21,784 bases of DNA from Candidatus Hodarchaeota archaeon (GTDB taxonomy: Archaea > Asgardarchaeota > Heimdallarchaeia > Hodarchaeales > Hodarchaeaceae). The notes under the pieces are model-generated. The model was not told the DNA's origin. It did no database searches and saw nothing but the letters and a program-made list of their open reading frames with translations. Where the stretch lies: the NCBI GenBank assembly GCA_029856365.1, contig JAHQWW010000062.1, positions 1 to 21,784 of the forward strand, written 5' to 3'. Each line of letters opens with the position of its first letter. Position 1 is the stretch's first letter. Below are positions 17,369 to 21,784 of the stretch, piece by piece. The position numbers were made by a program, and so were the translations under genes.

Positions 17369-17767
17369 CTATTTATTTGAATAATAGATCGATGAAAGAA
17401 AAAGCTCATCTAGTCGTGTTATCATCATTTCTAGGGCTGGTGAAACATTCTCTTTTTTCGTGAAGCCGACAATAATATGATTAATTTGGCTTTTATTGGA
17501 AATTAACTGCATACTTTCAGAAGTTGGGGTAATGGTTTCCCATATCTGAGGAAGAATTGCGCTCATTTGCTCGAACTCATCAATTTTCATTTCAACGATA
17601 GATCCATCCCTTCTCTTCAGCCCCGTCAATGGAAAACCACTATCATCACTAATAAATGAAGCTATCATATGATGTTTATCTCCCCCTCCAGTCATTTGTT
17701 TCGATAAAATTGCTCTAAGAGATAAGCGCATTTGGTCTTCTAAATTTCGTCCCATTTTTCGTCTCAT
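17369..17767 (-). CDS. Roadblock/LC7 (MglB/LAMTOR)- or profilin-like small protein
   Basis: Helix, then MIASFISDDSGFPLT beta hairpin, helix EFEQMSAILPQIWETI, then three strands; ends without a last helix. Start ATG 17767 or 17755 (track TTG 17770). Fold call is by pattern only. Confidence 0.55.
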   Translation of the reverse strand: MRRKMGRNLEDQMRLSLRAILSKQMTGGGDKHHMIASFISDDSGFPLTGLKRRDGSIVEMKIDEFEQMSAILPQIWETITPTSESMQLISNKSQINHIIVGFTKKENVSPALEMMITRLDELFLSSIYYSNK

Positions 17768-17976
17768 CAACTTAACTGTTAACGTTTCATCATAAGAGAG
17801 ATCAAATTTCTGTTATTAATTTTTTTTGAATTTTCGACCAGACTTTTCGATTAGTTCGAAAGGATAATATTTTCAAAGAAGCTCAAAGTGAGATGGCAAG
17901 GTTTCATCAATCAAAATGTCTCCAACCATTATTCAGCTTAAAATTACTTTCAGGTACCAATCTATGTGAAAAAGCG

Positions 17977-20900
17977 ATGAAAATTCATAACAATATAGTA
18001 AACATAATATATCACTCTGGTGTAATCGTATTCCTCCTCATGTTGGTTATTCTATCTACGTCTGTTACACTTAATGTAGATACCACTGCATTCACAGATG
18101 AGGAGAAGATACAAGATGTGTCGCCAGATATAACACCTAATAATTTGAAAATAAAACTTACTGATGATGATATTCAGGTAGAAAATATTAGTTTTGACGT
18201 TGAAGCTCTATTTAACTATGTAGCTTCGCTATACAGAAAAGAAGGGATATTTTTAGAAGCATATGGGGGATATGCTACGTCTGTTGGTACTTATAAAGCT
18301 CTCTCTATATTAAGGTTCTTGGGTTTGGATTATTATCAATTTGGTTCTGAGTGGGAAGATAAAGAGGTAACTATTGCTGATAAATTGCTAGATCTTAGAG
18401 ATAAAGCTGGTTCAGGAGGGTATTATCTTTCCCCAGAAACTAATTCCCCCTCGTTAGAGGGAACATTTGGGGTGACCACTTCTCTCTGGATTATGAATGA
18501 ATTGCCTTTGAAACTAAAGCCGATTACACCAAGATTGCTAGATTTTGTATATAATACAACTTTTGATAATGAAAATTTCGGTTTTCATGAAGTTGGCCAA
18601 GAAAACTGTTCAATCAAAGCAACATTTCAAGCCTTAACAATTTTGGACTTGATTCGTAAGATTGTTATTATTCCCGAATTATATGATGAAAAAAATACAC
18701 CTTTAATCAATAAAACTGTTTTAGATTTTATGACAGATTATTCTTTAAATATCTTCAAATTTCTCAACAGTTCGTGGATTAATAACTCATATTTTTATTC
18801 AAACACCCCTTACCAAACTAAAATCGAAGATACATGGTACGCACTCCAATCAATTAAGATCTTAGATGATTATGGGAAATTTTTAAACGTAGATTTACCT
18901 AAAAACCTCACTGATTACCAATATCCTGTTATTAATTGGCTAAAATCATTACAAAAGACAAAAGGGCCCACCAAAGGAGGTTTTGGGACATCAGAACATG
19001 CAAATGTCTCTGAGACTGGTTTAACTTATGCAATCCTAAATCTTTTCAATTCCACTAAAGAAATAGATGTCAATCATACTGAAACAATATCGTTTATTTA
19101 TTCATCTCAATTTCTTAAACGGGAAAATCGAACTTACCGTTCTTCGGAATTACCTCATTTAGGAGGATTTGGTCCTAACAATGCAACGTACCGTGATAGT
19201 GAATCAAGTAAACGGGTAAACGTCCATGATACATATTATGCTGTATTAACTCTTCTTCTATCGGGTGATATTTTTAACTCCATTAACCTCACCTTAGAAA
19301 CAACGCACTATCAGGAGATTATATCAAAATATCCTGCTAGCATAAATAATTCAAACTATATCGTTCAAGGAGAGCTGGGTGTTATCGAACAGTATTTCAA
19401 AATCTTTAATTACAAGTCTCATGGATCCCTAGAATTAACAACTATTGTAGACAATTGGAATCTTACTCATCCAGACTATACTGAAACTAATGAAAATTTT
19501 TATGGGAAATCTAATGCACAATATGTTGTAAACTTAGAGAATGATTCACAAGCTAATTTCAATTGGACATTAGGTTCTCATAAACTTATTAATATACTTT
19601 CAATTCGAAACTTACCAATCATTCAATCACCAGTATATTATCTCAATTCATCTTTGTATGTAAGTTATACAAACGAGGTGAAATTTAATTCAACACTCAT
19701 CAAACCAGGAGGTAACATCAATACAACGATTTTCTTTCAAAATCGTTCTCTAATCACCTATTCAAAGCAAAATATTACAGATGGAACAGTTAGTGTATAT
19801 TTAAAATCACCAAATAGGGAGACTTTTATTTGGTTTGATTTAGTACCAATCAATACCACCATAGAAGCGATAACATACCTCTGGAAAGTTCCTGATCAAG
19901 CTCTATTAGGAACCTGGGAACTTACTCTAATTCTTAATCAATCCAATTTTTCAACCACTTATTCACTTCAAATTGAAGTCACAGATACTGTATTTTTTTA
20001 TAATATGTCCCAAATGCCTCAATACTACCCTGGTGAGGATATGAACCTAAATGTTTCATTGAAATATACAAATGGTAACTTTACTCCGAATGCAAACGCA
20101 TCAATGGCATTTACTAGCAATTTAACCCAAAAAGAAGTTTTCAATTTTACACTACATTATTTGGAGGGTAATATTTATACAACAAGTGGTATCAATTGTC
20201 CCACTCGCTTCTTATATGGATTCTATAATGTTTCTATCAGATTAACATGGAATTCATCTTCAGAAGTGCTAGTTAACACCGTTTCTAATAGTAGTCTTCC
20301 AGTTATCTATATTAAGGGTGTTCCAACTGTATCTGAGGCTTTCTTTAAAACTGATTACCGAGATATTCTTCCATTAGTAGAAAATAATTTGTTTTATTAT
20401 GGGGAAACTCTCAATTTGACTTTAAAAATTGGTTTTAAATCCAATTCTACCATTAATAGTGTTGAAAATGCTGAAAGTGTGACTGTGAAGGGAGGATTGA
20501 TTAACAATAGCCACCCTTCATCTTTTGTTCAGCTATTTCAAATCTCTCATCGTAAGAATATCCTTTCTTTAACGGGTCTAATTAACACCAATTTTCCTAA
20601 TGACACCCTAGGAACACGATTCCAAATAAAATCAGAATATAACAATTCCTATAGTTACATTAGAAACCCAGTGGACACAGTTAAGCATGCAGCTTATAAC
20701 TTTTCTCTGATTGGAACCTTTGAAATTAGAGACATTAATTATGTAGCAACAGAGATATCCAATGGCCTTTATCAGTATGCTCTTGATACAACTTCAGTTA
20801 TTTCAGTTTCATTTAAAGTCTACAATAATGAATTAGATGATACCCCTATTCAAGTCCCGAGTCTAAATCTTTACGGTATATTAGACATTCAGAATAAAAT

Positions 20901-21195
20901 TGGGACTTTAAATCAGTCCTTACCTGGTGTAACATCAGGAGTAGATCAAAATGGAACAACAATCTATTTTCTATCAATACCAACTTCAGGTTTAAGTACA
21001 AATAAATATGAAATTTCGATTTACACTTGGACTGCAATCAGAAACCATTTAAAAATTGGTAATCTGTATCCAGGTTTTTCAATCATAAAGACTTTTTCTC
21101 CACAACCGATAATTCAAGTACATGAGGTATTAATTCTCATTTCAGGGCTAGTTTTGATTGTACTAATTTATTTGAATGTTAGGAAATTTTGGTAA
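17977..21195 (+). CDS. Large cell-surface protein: signal/anchor, prenyltransferase/squalene-cyclase-type alpha-barrel repeats, beta-sandwich stalk, C-terminal TM anchor
   Basis: Six repeats such as VINWLKSLQK..GGFG..NVSETGLTYAIL and ISFIYSSQ..GGFG..NVHDTYYAVLTL; Ig-like segments (YLWKVPDQALLGTWELTL); roughly 40 N-x-S/T sequons; C-terminal VLILISGLVLIVLIYL-NVRKFW. ATG 17977 places the hydrophobic segment at a normal signal position (track start 17893). Confidence 0.8.
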   Translation: MKIHNNIVNIIYHSGVIVFLLMLVILSTSVTLNVDTTAFTDEEKIQDVSPDITPNNLKIKLTDDDIQVENISFDVEALFNYVASLYRKEGIFLEAYGGYATSVGTYKALSILRFLGLDYYQFGSEWEDKEVTIADKLLDLRDKAGSGGYYLSPETNSPSLEGTFGVTTSLWIMNELPLKLKPITPRLLDFVYNTTFDNENFGFHEVGQENCSIKATFQALTILDLIRKIVIIPELYDEKNTPLINKTVLDFMTDYSLNIFKFLNSSWINNSYFYSNTPYQTKIEDTWYALQSIKILDDYGKFLNVDLPKNLTDYQYPVINWLKSLQKTKGPTKGGFGTSEHANVSETGLTYAILNLFNSTKEIDVNHTETISFIYSSQFLKRENRTYRSSELPHLGGFGPNNATYRDSESSKRVNVHDTYYAVLTLLLSGDIFNSINLTLETTHYQEIISKYPASINNSNYIVQGELGVIEQYFKIFNYKSHGSLELTTIVDNWNLTHPDYTETNENFYGKSNAQYVVNLENDSQANFNWTLGSHKLINILSIRNLPIIQSPVYYLNSSLYVSYTNEVKFNSTLIKPGGNINTTIFFQNRSLITYSKQNITDGTVSVYLKSPNRETFIWFDLVPINTTIEAITYLWKVPDQALLGTWELTLILNQSNFSTTYSLQIEVTDTVFFYNMSQMPQYYPGEDMNLNVSLKYTNGNFTPNANASMAFTSNLTQKEVFNFTLHYLEGNIYTTSGINCPTRFLYGFYNVSIRLTWNSSSEVLVNTVSNSSLPVIYIKGVPTVSEAFFKTDYRDILPLVENNLFYYGETLNLTLKIGFKSNSTINSVENAESVTVKGGLINNSHPSSFVQLFQISHRKNILSLTGLINTNFPNDTLGTRFQIKSEYNNSYSYIRNPVDTVKHAAYNFSLIGTFEIRDINYVATEISNGLYQYALDTTSVISVSFKVYNNELDDTPIQVPSLNLYGILDIQNKIGTLNQSLPGVTSGVDQNGTTIYFLSIPTSGLSTNKYEISIYTWTAIRNHLKIGNLYPGFSIIKTFSPQPIIQVHEVLILISGLVLIVLIYLNVRKFW

Positions 21196-21559
21196 TAATT
21201 TGTTCTCCGATATCTATGGCCCATCCTTCAAAAAAACGAATAATTGCATTCAATTGATGTTTCTTTAGTTCAGGAAAATGAACACCAAGTATTACCACTG
21301 TATAATAGCGTGTGATTTTTGCGATGTTCCGTGCAACATAAGCTGCGAGTTCTCCATCCCGATGAGCTGGGAGGGAAATACAATGGTAATTTGCTGATTT
21401 TTCACCATTCTTACGAATGTATGGAACTCCAATGCCAACGCCGCCTAAATGATCGTTCGGGCCAGTTATATCAATAATTAGCCCACCCTCTTTGAAAAAA
21501 ACTGTAGCGATGAACTCTTGTGAAGAATATTTAGCCTTAAAAGTTGCAATTTCTTTCAA
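21179..21559 (-). CDS. LpdD-like protein (prenylated-flavin chaperone / proteasome assembly chaperone-like fold)
   Basis: LIIDITGPNDHLGGV, HRD, VVILGVH, LKKHQL match my recollection of LpdD motifs (TGG..HIG, HKD, AGIH). Overlaps the convergent surface protein gene by 17 nt. Confidence 0.7.
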   Translation of the reverse strand: MKEIATFKAKYSSQEFIATVFFKEGGLIIDITGPNDHLGGVGIGVPYIRKNGEKSANYHCISLPAHRDGELAAYVARNIAKITRYYTVVILGVHFPELKKHQLNAIIRFFEGWAIDIGEQIITKIS

Positions 21560-21619
21560 AGTATAAAACCTTTAAAAGTGAAAGGAAAGAATTAAGAAGA
21601 GTAATTTTCTCCAATAATC

Positions 21620-21784
21620 TCATTCATCAGCTTCAGAATTGGGATCGATCTTAGATTCTTCCTCACGCTGCTAACGCTCCTGTTCCTCACGCTGCCGACG
21701 CTCCTGTTCCTCACGCTGCTGACGCTCCTGTTCCTCACGCTGCCGACGCTCCTGTTCCTCATGCTGCCGACGCTCCTGTTCCTC
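21620..21784 (-). CDS. 3' end of a gene with EEQERRQR repeats; in-frame TAG at 21671-21673, further TGA at 21620-21622
   Basis: Reads EEQERRQH EEQERRQR EEQERQQR EEQERRQR EEQER*QR EEESKIDPNSEADE*; start lies outside the window. Confidence 0.65.
21661..21784. repeat. 24-bp tandem repeat, five full copies plus a partial one, running off the window
   Basis: Unit CCTCACGCTGCYGACGCTCCTGTT at 21661, 21685, 21709, 21733, 21757 and partial at 21781; no spacers. Confidence 0.97.

Noticed and set aside
17831-17861. TTTTCGA direct repeat and TTTCGA-N5-TCGAAA inverted repeat in the divergent spacer
   Set aside because: Short, AT-rich, single occurrence; not distinguishable from chance without comparative data.
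16297-21037. Short track ORFs 16297-16518 and 20846-21037
   Set aside because: Antisense shadows of the coiled-coil and surface protein genes.
21671-21673. Amber recoding (pyrrolysine or genome-wide TAG reassignment)
   Set aside because: TAG ends four genes here at plausible C-termini (7429, 8312, 12599, 17369), and no pyl genes are in the window; a point change or error is simpler.
21661-21784. Possible CRISPR array
   Set aside because: Units are head-to-tail with no unique spacers, the period is a multiple of three, and no cas genes are present.

Overview
AT-rich archaeal DNA. TFB, a roadblock-like protein, a zinc-ribbon CPBP protease and a heavily N-sequon-rich surface protein suggest Asgard archaea (inference). 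The ORF track misses the largest gene: a class II (B12-dependent) ribonucleotide reductase on the minus strand (4367 to past base 1) carrying two in-frame inteins. Intein 1 (LAGLIDADG) is followed by Arg rather than Cys/Ser/Thr, so it lacks the +1 nucleophile of standard splicing. Intein 2 carries an HNH/NUMOD3/zinc-finger endonuclease and ends in Gln-Asn just before the catalytic Cys. Next come a divergent RHH regulator and a DUF99 gene. A minus-strand three-gene unit encodes a trans-prenyl diphosphate synthase, an RHH-fused apparently dead nucleotidyltransferase and a processive GT2, with two copies of a GATCACA-N4-TGTGAYC palindrome upstream. The rest holds a zinc-ribbon CPBP protease, TFB, lipA, a long M48 protease, a roadblock plus coiled-coil pair, a 1100-aa surface protein with prenyltransferase-like repeats, an LpdD-like protein, and the 3' end of a gene built from a 24-bp EEQERRQR tandem repeat. 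All translations and alignments were done by hand; no database searches were run.
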